DNA of 64,000 nt, taken from assembly GCA_965216875.1 (NCBI GenBank), contig OZ244207.1:6816001-6880000 (forward strand), given 5' to 3'. The stretch comes from Rubripirellula sp. GTDB lineage: Bacteria > Planctomycetota > Planctomycetia > Pirellulales > Pirellulaceae. The notes below the pieces were generated by a model, which saw only the letters and a program-made list of their open reading frames with translations, was not told where the DNA came from and did not search any database. Made by a program: the position numbers and the translations under genes. Of this stretch, positions 19,124 through 29,121 are shown in pieces (position 1 is the first letter of the stretch; every line of letters starts with the position of its first letter).

Positions 19124-21679
19124 ATGTCACGCGCTGTGATCGCTTCGTTGCTGTGCATCCTTGTTGTGGTTGCTGCGCCGAACGCAGCAGATGCCACCGA
19201 AAAGGATCGCTCGGCATCGATGTCAAGAAAGCACGTCGCGCTCTTCGAGAGTCACTGCTACGATTGTCACAGCGCGGATACCAAGGAAGCTGGAGTCGAT
19301 CTTGAATCGATTTCCTTTGATGTCGGCGAAAGCGTAGGCAACGCCGAACTTTGGCAAAAGATTCTCAACGCAATCAACTCGGGCGAGATGCCGCCCGAAG
19401 ATTCCGAGCCGCTCGCAGACAAGGACAAGCTCGTCTTTCTCGAGGACCTGACCGGTGCGATGGTCGAGGCCCGCAAGATTCTAGGTGACTCGGGCGGCGT
19501 CATTCCGCTCCGTCGGCTCAATCGCCGCGAGTATTCCAACACGATCGAATCGCTGTTAGGCATTCGACCTGATGTTTCCAGTTTGCCCAACGACCAGGTT
19601 GGCGCGGGGTTTGATACCCAGGGTGGGTCGTTGTTTATGTCGAGCGACCAAATCGAACAATACTACGAAACCGCAAAAGCGACGCTGCGTTATTGCTTGA
19701 AGGCTGACGAAAGCCCCAACACCAAAGTAACTCGCATCGAGCTCGAAGATGAATACACCGAAAGGTATCGAACCTATTTGGGGCAGTTGGCCGACCAGGC
19801 CGAGCGAGCTCGCAAGTTTCTCGCTCAATCGGAGAAGCCTGCTTCGGCGTTTGGCTTGATTGATGAGTACCAAGCCAAGAAGAACATTTCCAGCTACGAA
19901 AACTGGAAGACTCAACTGGAACAGTATCTCGAATGGCCTGAAACCAAAGAGGGCGCGGCCCTGATTTTGACGATCAAAGGTGGCATGACACGCGCTAAGT
20001 TGCCACCGGTTCGTTCATTCCAGCCGGGCCGATACCGCGTTCGGGTTCGCGCGGCAATGTATCCCGAAGCCGACGAACGTTTTCACTATCTCGAGTTTTC
20101 GAGCAACATCGGAAAGTCACGCACACATCTGGGCTGGCGAAAAGTCACGGCGCCGCTCGCGTCTCCACAGGTGATCGAATTTGTTTACGACCACCAACCT
20201 GGTCAACAGGTGCAACTGCTTGTTCATCAGCGCACGCATCAAGATCGCGGTGACAAAGGGCTTTGGACACGTGCCCAACGTGCCAATGGTGTGGGGACGC
20301 CACCGGGGATCTGGATCGATTGGGCTGAGATATCAGGACCCGAACCGTTTGCTGGTTTGATTCAAAGCAAGTCTAAGCTGCTCGCCGCCGGTGACGAAGC
20401 GAAGACCGAGGCTGAGCGCGCACGTTTGATCATCGAAGACTTTGCCGGGCGTGCGTTTCGAGGCAAGCAGCCAACGCAAGCATATGTTGAAAAGTTGGTG
20501 GACCGATTTAGGGAGCAACGCGAGGCAGGCGACAAATTTGACGAAGCGATTGTCGAACCCTTGGCGATCATCCTCGCCTCGCCCGGATTCCTGTACATGA
20601 TCAACGACGGCCGCCAGGAGGACGGCGAGTTGCTTACAGACTCGGAAGTCGCCGTACGGATGTCTTACCTGCTCTGGAGTCAGCCGCCCGATGAAACCTT
20701 GATGCGTTTAGCGGATCGTGGCGAGCTTTCAAACCCGGGCGTCTTGCGCCAACAAGTCGAACGCATGCTGGCCGATCCCAAAGCGGAACGCTTTGTTCGA
20801 GACTTTACGCACCAATGGCTCGAGATGGATCGATTGGGAATGTTTCAGTTCAACGGACTGATTCACCCGACGTTCGACAACGCAGTGCGCGAGAACGCGC
20901 GCGAAGAGATTTTTCAAACCGTGAATGCGGTGCTGGGCGAACGGTTGCCGCTTGGGACACTGCTCAACGCCGACTTTGTGGTCATCAATGATTTGTTGGC
21001 CGGTTACTACGGGATGGGTAACGTTGAAGGTCACGAGTTTCGCAGACACTCGCTTCCGCCAAATAGCGTGCGCGGCGGCTTATTGGCGACAGCAGCCGTC
21101 GCGGCGATGGGTTCGGACGGATTGCGGTCATCGCCAGTCGAGCGAGGTGCTTGGGTGTTGCGTCACTTATTGCACGATCCACCCGCGCCCGCGCCTCCAA
21201 ACGTACCTCAGTTGAGCCGTCTGGAAGGCGAACCGCATTCCGCACGCGACCTGCAAGTGCTTCACCAAGAACAGCCACAGTGCGCTCAGTGTCATCGCAA
21301 GATCGATCCGATTGGATACGGCCTCGAGAACTTTGCCGCCGATGGATTGTGGCGAGATAAAGAACGGGTCATCACCGGGAAGATCCGCGAGATCAACGCG
21401 AACTCCTATGCCGAATTCGAGATCGACCCCAGTGGCACGCTGCCAAGTGGAGAATCCTTTGAAGGGTTTCACCAGTTGCGTGAACTTGTCGCGTCGAAAC
21501 AAGAAGTGTTTGCGCGCGGCTTTGTCGAAAGCCTGATTGCATACGGTATGGGACGACCTTACGGGTTCACCGACCAAGATCTGGCCAACGAGATTCTTGA
21601 TCAGGCTCGTGATGACGGTTTCGCAATGCCAACGATGATTCAAGCGTTGGTTGTCTCGGAAACCTTTCGCTCAAAGTAG
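19124..21679 (+). CDS. DUF1592/DUF1588 family protein with planctomycete cytochrome c domain
   Basis: Signal peptide, CYDCH, EMPP, LRRLNRREYSNT, ILASPGFLY, RGGLL, SPVERG, CAQCHRKIDPIG. Confidence 0.9.
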   Translation: MSRAVIASLLCILVVVAAPNAADATEKDRSASMSRKHVALFESHCYDCHSADTKEAGVDLESISFDVGESVGNAELWQKILNAINSGEMPPEDSEPLADKDKLVFLEDLTGAMVEARKILGDSGGVIPLRRLNRREYSNTIESLLGIRPDVSSLPNDQVGAGFDTQGGSLFMSSDQIEQYYETAKATLRYCLKADESPNTKVTRIELEDEYTERYRTYLGQLADQAERARKFLAQSEKPASAFGLIDEYQAKKNISSYENWKTQLEQYLEWPETKEGAALILTIKGGMTRAKLPPVRSFQPGRYRVRVRAAMYPEADERFHYLEFSSNIGKSRTHLGWRKVTAPLASPQVIEFVYDHQPGQQVQLLVHQRTHQDRGDKGLWTRAQRANGVGTPPGIWIDWAEISGPEPFAGLIQSKSKLLAAGDEAKTEAERARLIIEDFAGRAFRGKQPTQAYVEKLVDRFREQREAGDKFDEAIVEPLAIILASPGFLYMINDGRQEDGELLTDSEVAVRMSYLLWSQPPDETLMRLADRGELSNPGVLRQQVERMLADPKAERFVRDFTHQWLEMDRLGMFQFNGLIHPTFDNAVRENAREEIFQTVNAVLGERLPLGTLLNADFVVINDLLAGYYGMGNVEGHEFRRHSLPPNSVRGGLLATAAVAAMGSDGLRSSPVERGAWVLRHLLHDPPAPAPPNVPQLSRLEGEPHSARDLQVLHQEQPQCAQCHRKIDPIGYGLENFAADGLWRDKERVITGKIREINANSYAEFEIDPSGTLPSGESFEGFHQLRELVASKQEVFARGFVESLIAYGMGRPYGFTDQDLANEILDQARDDGFAMPTMIQALVVSETFRSK

Positions 21680-21710
21680 ACATACGTCCAAGCCCATTGG
21701 AACCCGATAG

Positions 21711-23006
21711 ATGAAACGATCCTTTTCACGACGTGCTGTGCTTCGCGGCACCGGTGCTGCAATCGCATTGCCGATGCTGGACTCGTTGAATTTTCGACGT
21801 TTCGCAGCCGCCCAATCCCCAACGGCCGTTCCCAAACGGATGGTCTTTTGCGGGATCGGTTTTGGTGTGACCGCCGACGAGTGGTATCCCGACGTGGCGA
21901 CGACCGGCAACGACTACCAACTGCCGGAAGTGCTCAAGCCGCTGCAGCGTCACAAGCAAAACATCTCGATCATCCAAAACTTGATGCATCGCTATTCGGC
22001 CGACGGTCACAGTGGCAGCACGTTTTGGTTGACCGGTGCGAACCGCTATGAGATTCCAGGACAGAGTTTTCACAACACGATCTCGGTCGACCAAGTTGCT
22101 GCGTTAGCTTTGGGAGAACAAACACGTTTCACCTCACTGCAACTTTGTGCCAAGGGCAACGAGAACGACGGTCACGGTCCCGGTTCGTCATTGGCTTGGA
22201 ATCGCTTTGGCAAACCCGTTGCCGGCGTCAACACACCCGTCGCGCTCTTTCACAAACTCTTTTCTGACGACAAGACGCCGCTGGAAGTGAGGCAGCGACA
22301 ATTGCAAAAGCGGCGGAGCGTTCTCGACACGGTGCTCGAAAACGCAAACGACGTCGATCGTCGGCTTGGCAAGCATGATCGCGATAAACTCAACGAATAC
22401 GTTCAATCGGTTCGCGACATCGAAGTTCGAATTGCCAAAGAAGAGAGTTGGCTTGGCGTTGAAAAGAAGCAACCGTCCGACGCCGTCAACGAGCCCAAGC
22501 CGACGTTGGCGGGCGTCGACGAGATTCGGATGATGTACGACTTGATGGTCGCCGCGATGCAAGTCGATGCGACGCGTGTCTTGACTTACCGCATGCCCGC
22601 AGACTCAATGATTGCCAGCCTCGGTGCGACGATGAGTGCGCACAGCATGAGCCACTATTCAGTTCCCGAACGCCGCACCGTTTCGCAAAAGCGCGACCGC
22701 ACGCACTCAGTGCTCCTGGGTGAATTTCTCGACAAGCTCGCCGATTCGACCGAATCGGATGGAACATCGCTGCTTGATCACTGCGCCATCACGTGGGGAA
22801 GCAATATCAGCTCGATTCATTCACTGAACAATTGTCCCACCCTGATCGCGGGCGGAGGCGCAGGCTTCAAGCAGGGCCAGCATCTGGTGATGGAAGATCC
22901 GAAGACTCCGCTTTGCAACCTTTGGTTGAGCACGTTGCGGGGTTGCGGGATCCGTGCCGAATCGCACGGTGATTCGACCGGCGTCTTGCCCGAATTGTTT
23001 GCGTAG
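21711..23006 (+). CDS. DUF1552 domain protein (Tat-exported)
   Basis: SRRAVLRGTG..IALPMLDS Tat leader, ISVDQ, PLCNLWLS, GDSTG; usual partner of DUF1592 genes. Confidence 0.9.
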   Translation: MKRSFSRRAVLRGTGAAIALPMLDSLNFRRFAAAQSPTAVPKRMVFCGIGFGVTADEWYPDVATTGNDYQLPEVLKPLQRHKQNISIIQNLMHRYSADGHSGSTFWLTGANRYEIPGQSFHNTISVDQVAALALGEQTRFTSLQLCAKGNENDGHGPGSSLAWNRFGKPVAGVNTPVALFHKLFSDDKTPLEVRQRQLQKRRSVLDTVLENANDVDRRLGKHDRDKLNEYVQSVRDIEVRIAKEESWLGVEKKQPSDAVNEPKPTLAGVDEIRMMYDLMVAAMQVDATRVLTYRMPADSMIASLGATMSAHSMSHYSVPERRTVSQKRDRTHSVLLGEFLDKLADSTESDGTSLLDHCAITWGSNISSIHSLNNCPTLIAGGGAGFKQGQHLVMEDPKTPLCNLWLSTLRGCGIRAESHGDSTGVLPELFA

Positions 23007-23113
23007 ATGTTGCGATCGGCACGCAAACAGAGCCAGCATTTCTCAAAAACGTAACCTGATTGCCATTGCGTTTTTCCGCTCTGCTGGCCGCCAGCAGGGG
23101 ACGATAACCACCA

Positions 23114-23224
23114 ATGGGTACTCTCTTGCGTAGGAGTCCCCGAGGACTAGCTAACTAGCCCTTGCTAGTCGTCGTGTTGTGTGACCACCCAGGCAAGGCT
23201 CACATGCCTGGGTGGTCCTTTTTT
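23114..23224 (+). ncRNA. Candidate small structured RNA with intrinsic terminator
   Basis: Three hairpins 23116-23140, 23145-23170, 23183-23217, then T6; no credible downstream same-strand gene. Confidence 0.45.
23183..23224 (+). terminator. Strong intrinsic terminator
   Basis: gaccacccaggca/tgcctgggtggtc 13-bp perfect stem then c and T6. Confidence 0.85.
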
Positions 23225-23283
23225 ACATCGGCATCGCGACCGATCCTCCCCGTGCGAATTCCTCGCAGTGGTCGCGCTCGATC

Positions 23284-23395
23284 GTGGGGTGTGTGCTAGC
23301 ACGCACCAGCTCCTCTCGCCTCAACTCGTCAGCGAGCTAGTCCCCCAATTCGCATCGATCGATCTGTGTTTGGTGCGTGCAAGCACACACCCTAC
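23284..23395. repeat. Inverted REP pair (GTAGGGTGTGTGCTTGCACGCACCA type)
   Basis: 23284-23308 and reverse complement 23371-23395. Confidence 0.85.
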
Positions 23396-23409
23396 GGTGC
23401 TACGTTGTT

Positions 23410-24405
23410 TCAATCCATTTCCAACACGTACTTGCCGAACTGGGGCGAGGATGCCATTTGATTGATGGCTTCGTTGCCATCGGCGAGTGGAACAACGGAA
23501 TCGACCATCGGTTTGATTTGATGATCTTCCACAAACCGAATCATGTCAGAAAAATCGCGCGGCGAACCGAGCGTCGATCCGATGATTCGCAACTGTTTCC
23601 AGAAAACGCGAAACATGTCTAGTTGCGAAGGTCCTGCTGTGGCGCCGTAGTTGACGATGCGACCACCTGGCGCTGCGACCTGCAATAGGTTTCGATAACC
23701 ATCACCACCAGCGCCGTCGATCACGAGATGCGGTGGACCACAGTCTTTGGCGAGCGTCTTATGCCAATCCGGCTCGCGATAGTCGTATCCGGCGGTCGCT
23801 CCCAGCGAGATCGCCCGAGCAATTTTTTCTGGCGACGATGAAGTGACCGAAACTTGCGCGCCGGCGGCGACGGCGAACTGCAACGCAAACGCGGCAACGC
23901 CACCGCCGATTCCGGTGATCAAGACCGACTGACCCTCTTGAAGTTCGCCTTGACTGAAGAGCGCGCGGTAGGCTGTCACGCCGGCAAGTGGAAGGGCGGC
24001 CGCCTCGTTCCAGTGAAGCTGCGCGGGCTTGGAGTGAACCTGGCTGGCGTCCACTTTGATTTGGGTCGCAAACGTGCCATCACTTGGTGATCCGAGGATC
24101 GTGAAGTCGGCTCCTTGCGCCGCTTCATCATTGCCCCATTGGATGCCCGGATAAAGGATGACTTCCTTCTCTACCCATTCCACTGACACACCCGCACCGA
24201 CCGAGGTAACGATTCCTGCACCGTCGGACCCGAGAATCGTTGGCGGTTCGATACCAGGGTACAAACCTTGCGTGATCCAGTAGTCGCGCCGGTTCAGTGC
24301 GGCTGCCTTTAACGCAACCACGACCGTCCCCGGATCGGGAGTAAGATCGGCACGTTGCTGCAATTCCAAGGGCGTCTTCACGCCGGTCAGTACGAGAGCC
24401 TTCAT
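23410..24405 (-). CDS. MDR-family NADPH:quinone oxidoreductase / zinc-binding dehydrogenase-like
   Basis: AAALNRRD, ILGSDGAG, LITGIGGGVA, YGATAG, FGKYVL; GGAGG RBS supports ATG 24405. Confidence 0.9.
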   Translation of the reverse strand: MKALVLTGVKTPLELQQRADLTPDPGTVVVALKAAALNRRDYWITQGLYPGIEPPTILGSDGAGIVTSVGAGVSVEWVEKEVILYPGIQWGNDEAAQGADFTILGSPSDGTFATQIKVDASQVHSKPAQLHWNEAAALPLAGVTAYRALFSQGELQEGQSVLITGIGGGVAAFALQFAVAAGAQVSVTSSSPEKIARAISLGATAGYDYREPDWHKTLAKDCGPPHLVIDGAGGDGYRNLLQVAAPGGRIVNYGATAGPSQLDMFRVFWKQLRIIGSTLGSPRDFSDMIRFVEDHQIKPMVDSVVPLADGNEAINQMASSPQFGKYVLEMD

Positions 24406-24640
24406 CAGCTGCAAACCTCCTTTGCGGTTTGCAGAAGAAGTTAACAGGTCCGTGGCGTCTCGTCAGGCATACAAGGTGAGCCGTATCACGCTGGCTCGAA
24501 GATCAGCCGCATTCGTCTGTGCGATTTGTAAAAAGCTTCGCCCGCGACCCTGCTTGAAGCGGCGGCAACCATTCAGGATCACGGGCGACAAAACGCTAAC
24601 GACGCTCGGTGCGTCGCATGCACTTACGCTTCGTATGCAC

Positions 24641-26524
24641 TTACGCTTCGGGCGAAACGAGCAACACCACCCAATCGCGGTCCGATTGTTCCGGTGGCTG
24701 GCCGAGCGATTGCACGCTGCCTCCGTCGACGGTTGAAACGGATCCCGATTGGAGCTGTCCGCCGCTGCGCGGGTTGTACCATTTGACGTTGAAGACGCCT
24801 TTGGCACCGGCGAGGTCAAGTTTGGCCGACTCGGATGATTTGAGGAATGCGACAAACACGGTCTCGTCGGTTGCACGCAGGCAGTAGCCCTTGGCGTCGG
24901 ACAGTCGCTTGTTGTCGTTTTTCATTCGCCAAAACGGCACGTCGTTGTTCTTGAAAAACTCGAGTGCATAGCGGCTTTGGTTCCACATCTTGTGACGCGA
25001 GCGATAGTCTTGGCAGGTCAAATCACTGTGTGGATGTTTGTAGCCAAAGTACCATTCGACGCCCGCACCACCGGCCATCAAGTTGCCCCACAACGCGTTT
25101 TGGCGCGGGTTGTCTCGGGTCGGGTCTTCGTCATCAGGAATGAGAGAGTGGGTTGCGTCGCCCGGTTCGTCACATGCGACAACCCACGGCTTGCCCGCTT
25201 TGACAGACCGGTTCAAGTAGTTGAGCGTTGAACCGTGGACATTACGGAAGTCCTCTTTACTGGTTTGAAGTGAGAAACCGGTGAGGTGCGAGCCGCCTTT
25301 GTCTGCAGGTCCCATCAATTCGTAGTGTCGGTTGCCGTTATGGATCACGATGTGGTTTTGGTAGGGATCGTGAGTCCAGAAATACTCGGCCCAATCTTTC
25401 TTGTCTTGCGTGTCGACTTCGATCTGATAGCCAACCTCTTCACCAAGGTTCCAGTTCAAGGCCAAGTGGTGAGCAAAACGAGCGATCAGCTCACGATAGT
25501 AGAGTGCTCGCGTTCGACCCATTTTGCGGTCGTCGAGAACGTTCACGTTCTCGCACTCTTGCGTTTTGAAATGCAAGTACATACCGAGTTTGTCCGCATG
25601 CTCGAAAACAACTTCCCACTGATCGAGTCGTGAACAGTCGAGATGTTCGACATCGTCGTAGTTGACGTAGGGAAAGACGTTGCGGTCGTCACCATTGATG
25701 TTCATGGTCAGAAACGAAAAAGCGTTCATGCCTTGATCGGCAAGGTAATTGATCGCGCCGATCATTCCTTTGCCTTTTCCGTCTTGCCAAGTTGGATCGC
25801 CCTGTTTCCAATCCCGAACGTGAGGCTGCCAGGTTTTGACGAGATTGTCTTTCTTGCCGTCACTCTTAAAGTCGCCGTCAAAGTCAGCGTAGGCGAGGAA
25901 ATTCTCGGGCGCATCGGCACCACACTTCAGGAAGAACTCTTTGTTGCCTGCGAACTGTAGGTGATGTTTGCCGACGTATTGCAAACGCCCCTTGCCGCGG
26001 TGGTCGCGGCCAGTCTTGTCACTAACGCCGATTTCAAGCCGTCCGGTTTTTCCATCGATGCCTTTTACAGCAGTTCCCGCATCGGCGTCGTCAGAAACCG
26101 CAACGTCATTGCCGCGGCGAAAGCTGACTTTGTAATCCCACGTACCCGTTGCAACAGGACAGAAGTGCACGCGCCATTTTGTTCCGGCCTTTGCTGAACT
26201 ATTGGCCGCATTGCCATCGGCACAAAAGTACCCCGGGACCAAGAATTTTTTGTCACCCTGACTAAACTCGACGTTGAATCGATAATCGAAGAAAGGGTTC
26301 GGTTTGGTGTCGCTTTCATTGGCAAACGGACCATCCAACGTCAACGTGACTTTGTGCCATTGTTTCAGTTCGCCAGAAACTTCGAGACTGCCATCGCCAT
26401 CAGCCGAGCGTGGCTTGATCAATTCGGGGCCTGCGACGGCCATTGGGGACAAAAGGGACTGGAGTGGAAGAGCGGCAAGGAAGCACACGCAAGCCATTGC
26501 GAGCGATCTTGGGCGGGTTGTCAT
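24641..26524 (-). CDS. DUF5060-domain secreted protein, putative glycoside hydrolase with C-terminal collagen-binding-like domain
   Basis: Signal peptide, NPFFDYRFNVEF, VPGYFCADG, WNLGEE, WVVACDE, WYNPRSGG...DWVVLL. Confidence 0.8.
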   Translation of the reverse strand: MTTRPRSLAMACVCFLAALPLQSLLSPMAVAGPELIKPRSADGDGSLEVSGELKQWHKVTLTLDGPFANESDTKPNPFFDYRFNVEFSQGDKKFLVPGYFCADGNAANSSAKAGTKWRVHFCPVATGTWDYKVSFRRGNDVAVSDDADAGTAVKGIDGKTGRLEIGVSDKTGRDHRGKGRLQYVGKHHLQFAGNKEFFLKCGADAPENFLAYADFDGDFKSDGKKDNLVKTWQPHVRDWKQGDPTWQDGKGKGMIGAINYLADQGMNAFSFLTMNINGDDRNVFPYVNYDDVEHLDCSRLDQWEVVFEHADKLGMYLHFKTQECENVNVLDDRKMGRTRALYYRELIARFAHHLALNWNLGEEVGYQIEVDTQDKKDWAEYFWTHDPYQNHIVIHNGNRHYELMGPADKGGSHLTGFSLQTSKEDFRNVHGSTLNYLNRSVKAGKPWVVACDEPGDATHSLIPDDEDPTRDNPRQNALWGNLMAGGAGVEWYFGYKHPHSDLTCQDYRSRHKMWNQSRYALEFFKNNDVPFWRMKNDNKRLSDAKGYCLRATDETVFVAFLKSSESAKLDLAGAKGVFNVKWYNPRSGGQLQSGSVSTVDGGSVQSLGQPPEQSDRDWVVLLVSPEA

Positions 26525-26693
26525 CTGCACCTCAAGGTGGGGGAAGGATGGGAATGGGGTGGTGGTTACAGACTCTTGCCGTCACAACGACAAGTGTGCA
26601 CAACCTTTGAGAAAAAAGTCACAAATCGAGCCGTCCCCTGTGCACGATTCTGGTCTCAGCGACAACGGTTGGTAGCGAGAGTGGACTATCAAA

Positions 26694-27239
26694 ATGAGTG
26701 AAAACGCCGGCGAATTCCAATCCTTTCTGACGATTACCGAGAATCGGTCGCAGATCCTAGCGGTGATTGTCGCAATGGTTCACGACTTTGATTTGGCCGA
26801 AGAGCTGTTTCAGGAGACCGTTGTTGAGATTCTCAAAAGCGAGCAGCAATTTGATCCACGTCGCCGGTTTGTCCCCTGGGCGTGCGGTGTGGCGCGAAAC
26901 GTAGTGTTTCGGCATTGGCGACGAAACAGCCAGGATTCCACCTGCGCGGTTTCCGAGATGATCGCCGAATTGGCGCTCGATACCGTCGAAGTCGGTGATG
27001 AAGTTTGGCGTCGAGAACGAAAGGCGCTGCGGCATTGTTTGCAACAGCTTCCCGATCGTGCCCAGCAACTGTTGATGCTTCGATACGGACGAAACATCAA
27101 GGGCAAGCAGCTCGCGTCGCAGTCAGCCTATCGGCCCGGTTCCATACGAACCACCTTGCTTCGCCTGAGGCAGCAGTTGCGCGATTGCATCGAAACGAAA
27201 ACTGGACCTGCTATGGAGGCAAGCGATGGCCATGGATGA
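26694..27239 (+). CDS. ECF sigma-70 factor (TIGR02989-like)
   Basis: AEELFQET, FVPWACGVARN, LRHCLQQLP, LLRLRQQLRDCI; overlaps FecR gene. Confidence 0.92.
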   Translation: MSENAGEFQSFLTITENRSQILAVIVAMVHDFDLAEELFQETVVEILKSEQQFDPRRRFVPWACGVARNVVFRHWRRNSQDSTCAVSEMIAELALDTVEVGDEVWRRERKALRHCLQQLPDRAQQLLMLRYGRNIKGKQLASQSAYRPGSIRTTLLRLRQQLRDCIETKTGPAMEASDGHG

Positions 27240-28536
27240 CAAGCCTTTTCAAGAGTTGCTCGCCACGTATTTTGATGGCGAAGCAACAGATCAAGAAATC
27301 GAGCAGCTTCACGAGGCGGTCTTCGAGCAGGGACGGCGCGACGAGTTTCGTGAGGCGATGCGCCTGAATGTCTTGATGCGCGAAACACTGGCCGAACAGG
27401 CCGAAGTCAGCTCGCTGGCTGAAACCTTCTTGGCGTCCGAGCCCAAGCAAACGCACAAGTCATCCTTTAAACAGATCGCTCTAGCCGTTCTCGCGACTGC
27501 GGCGGTCGTCTTTGCTCTCGTTTGGCGTCCTCAATCGTCCACCAATCCAGTTGCCGGGCATGGCTTCTTTTGGGACGTCTCCGGAGCTGCCGAGTTGCAA
27601 CTGGAACGCGCCGGTCATTCGACGCACGCCCGCAAAGGCGATTCAATCTCGGTTGGAGACGTCGTTCACTGTGGCGCCGACACGCGAGCGATGATTCGTT
27701 TGGAGGACGGGTCGATCCTGTCGATGGAACCGAACTCTTCGTTGACTCTCGTGTCTCAGCGCCCGCAAGTGCGATTGGATCGCGGCAAAGTTCTCTTTGA
27801 GATCGAATCACGAAGTGATGATGAAAAGCCGTTTGAAGTCCGCACCGGACAGTCGACCGTTGAAGTCATGGGGACGATGTTCACTCTCGAAGCGGACGAA
27901 CACACCCATTTGAAGGTTTACGAAGGACGGGTGATGTTCAAACGTCACATCGATAACGTCGAGGTCGAAGTCGGCTCTCAGCAGATGGCGTCGACCGAAA
28001 ACCGAGACCTTGGCATTGAATCGCTAGGCCAACCCAAGGTGGAATCAACGTCGATTTTGACGCTGTTGCCGACCGATGACGTGACTTGGGATCACGGCGG
28101 CGTAAACAACGGATCACACCTGAAGGTTCAGCGCAAGAACCGGACTGTCTATCTAAGATTTGAGATTCCTGCGGTAGACGGTATCAGAGGTGCACGCTTG
28201 CGATTGACGCAAGACATCGATCCAGGATCGGGGACCTTGAAGTTTTTCGAGGCCGAGTCGTCAGATTGGAGCGAAACGGAAGTGAGTGGCAACAACCTTC
28301 CCAAACGCGGCCGAATGATCGCACAACGCTCTGGCGTCGTTCGTCCGGGGCAAGTTGTCGACGTCGATGTGACTGATGCTGTCGTCAGCGATTCGCCTGT
28401 TTCCTTTGTGGTCACACTTGACCGGGACCGTGAGCAGGACATCTGGTTTGGTTCCCGTGAAAGCCAATCGCCACCGCAACTCTTACTGACCGTGGAGCGG
28501 CCCGCAAGGCAATCGGACGCGATTGCAAAGCAATAG
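27226..28536 (+). CDS. FecR-family anti-sigma factor with C-terminal CBM96/DNRLRE-like domain
   Basis: N-terminal LLATYFDG, one TM helix, IRLEDGS, VEVMGTMF, VYEGRV; YLRFEI and FGSRESQSPPQL. Confidence 0.85.
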   Translation: MAMDDKPFQELLATYFDGEATDQEIEQLHEAVFEQGRRDEFREAMRLNVLMRETLAEQAEVSSLAETFLASEPKQTHKSSFKQIALAVLATAAVVFALVWRPQSSTNPVAGHGFFWDVSGAAELQLERAGHSTHARKGDSISVGDVVHCGADTRAMIRLEDGSILSMEPNSSLTLVSQRPQVRLDRGKVLFEIESRSDDEKPFEVRTGQSTVEVMGTMFTLEADEHTHLKVYEGRVMFKRHIDNVEVEVGSQQMASTENRDLGIESLGQPKVESTSILTLLPTDDVTWDHGGVNNGSHLKVQRKNRTVYLRFEIPAVDGIRGARLRLTQDIDPGSGTLKFFEAESSDWSETEVSGNNLPKRGRMIAQRSGVVRPGQVVDVDVTDAVVSDSPVSFVVTLDRDREQDIWFGSRESQSPPQLLLTVERPARQSDAIAKQ

Positions 28537-28661
28537 GAAGTGATTGCAAAGCGAACAGGTGTCAATCTTTGAGGGCTATCGCACAGCGGCGGCGTTCCCT
28601 GGGGGAGAGGCAGTTCGTAGTACCGAGCTTTAGCCGGAATCTTCTCGCATTGCGTTACAAA

Positions 28662-28745
28662 CCATCAACCGAAACGCGATAGCGTGCGGTTGTCTCATTC
28701 CGATCAATCTTCCAAAACCGCGAGCGATCGCTCAGCGGCTGATGG
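28662..28745. repeat. Inverted REP pair (ccatcaaccg.../...cggctgatgg)
   Basis: Inverted copies of the TGAGCCG/TCAGCCG family also at 1.5, 12.6 and 14.4 kb. Confidence 0.7.
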
Positions 28746-29121
28746 GGCTCGTTGGCTATACTAGCGGCTGATTGAAAGAGTCTTAGGCAGAAGTCTTTTG
28801 GATAGCTAGTTTTTATGGGCGCGATGATCTCACTGCGTTAACCAGGTCTATTTCTACGCCGGAATCTTCTTCATCGTTGTGGGGATCGTGCTCTTCGTTG
28901 ATTGTCTGATTGGCTGCATCAACGCGGTAAACCTCCCCAAGCCACAGCACTGAATCCTCAGGGCAATGCGGGCTATCAGAGGTTTTTTCGGCAGGATTCA
29001 GGGTCTTGTGGGATAGGTTAATGGCCTAATTCCGCGAGCATTGCCCGTTTTGGCCGACCTGTCCATGAGCCGCTGGTTTGCGGCTTTCTGCCGGCAGGTC
29101 CCTTTGCCAGGAGGAGAGATT

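Noticed and set aside
23114..23158. Amino-acid attenuator leader peptide
   Set aside because: No run of control codons and no same-strand biosynthetic gene after the terminator
28760..28778. IS terminal repeat-like actagcggctgattgaaa
   Set aside because: No partner inverted repeat, target duplication or transposase seen
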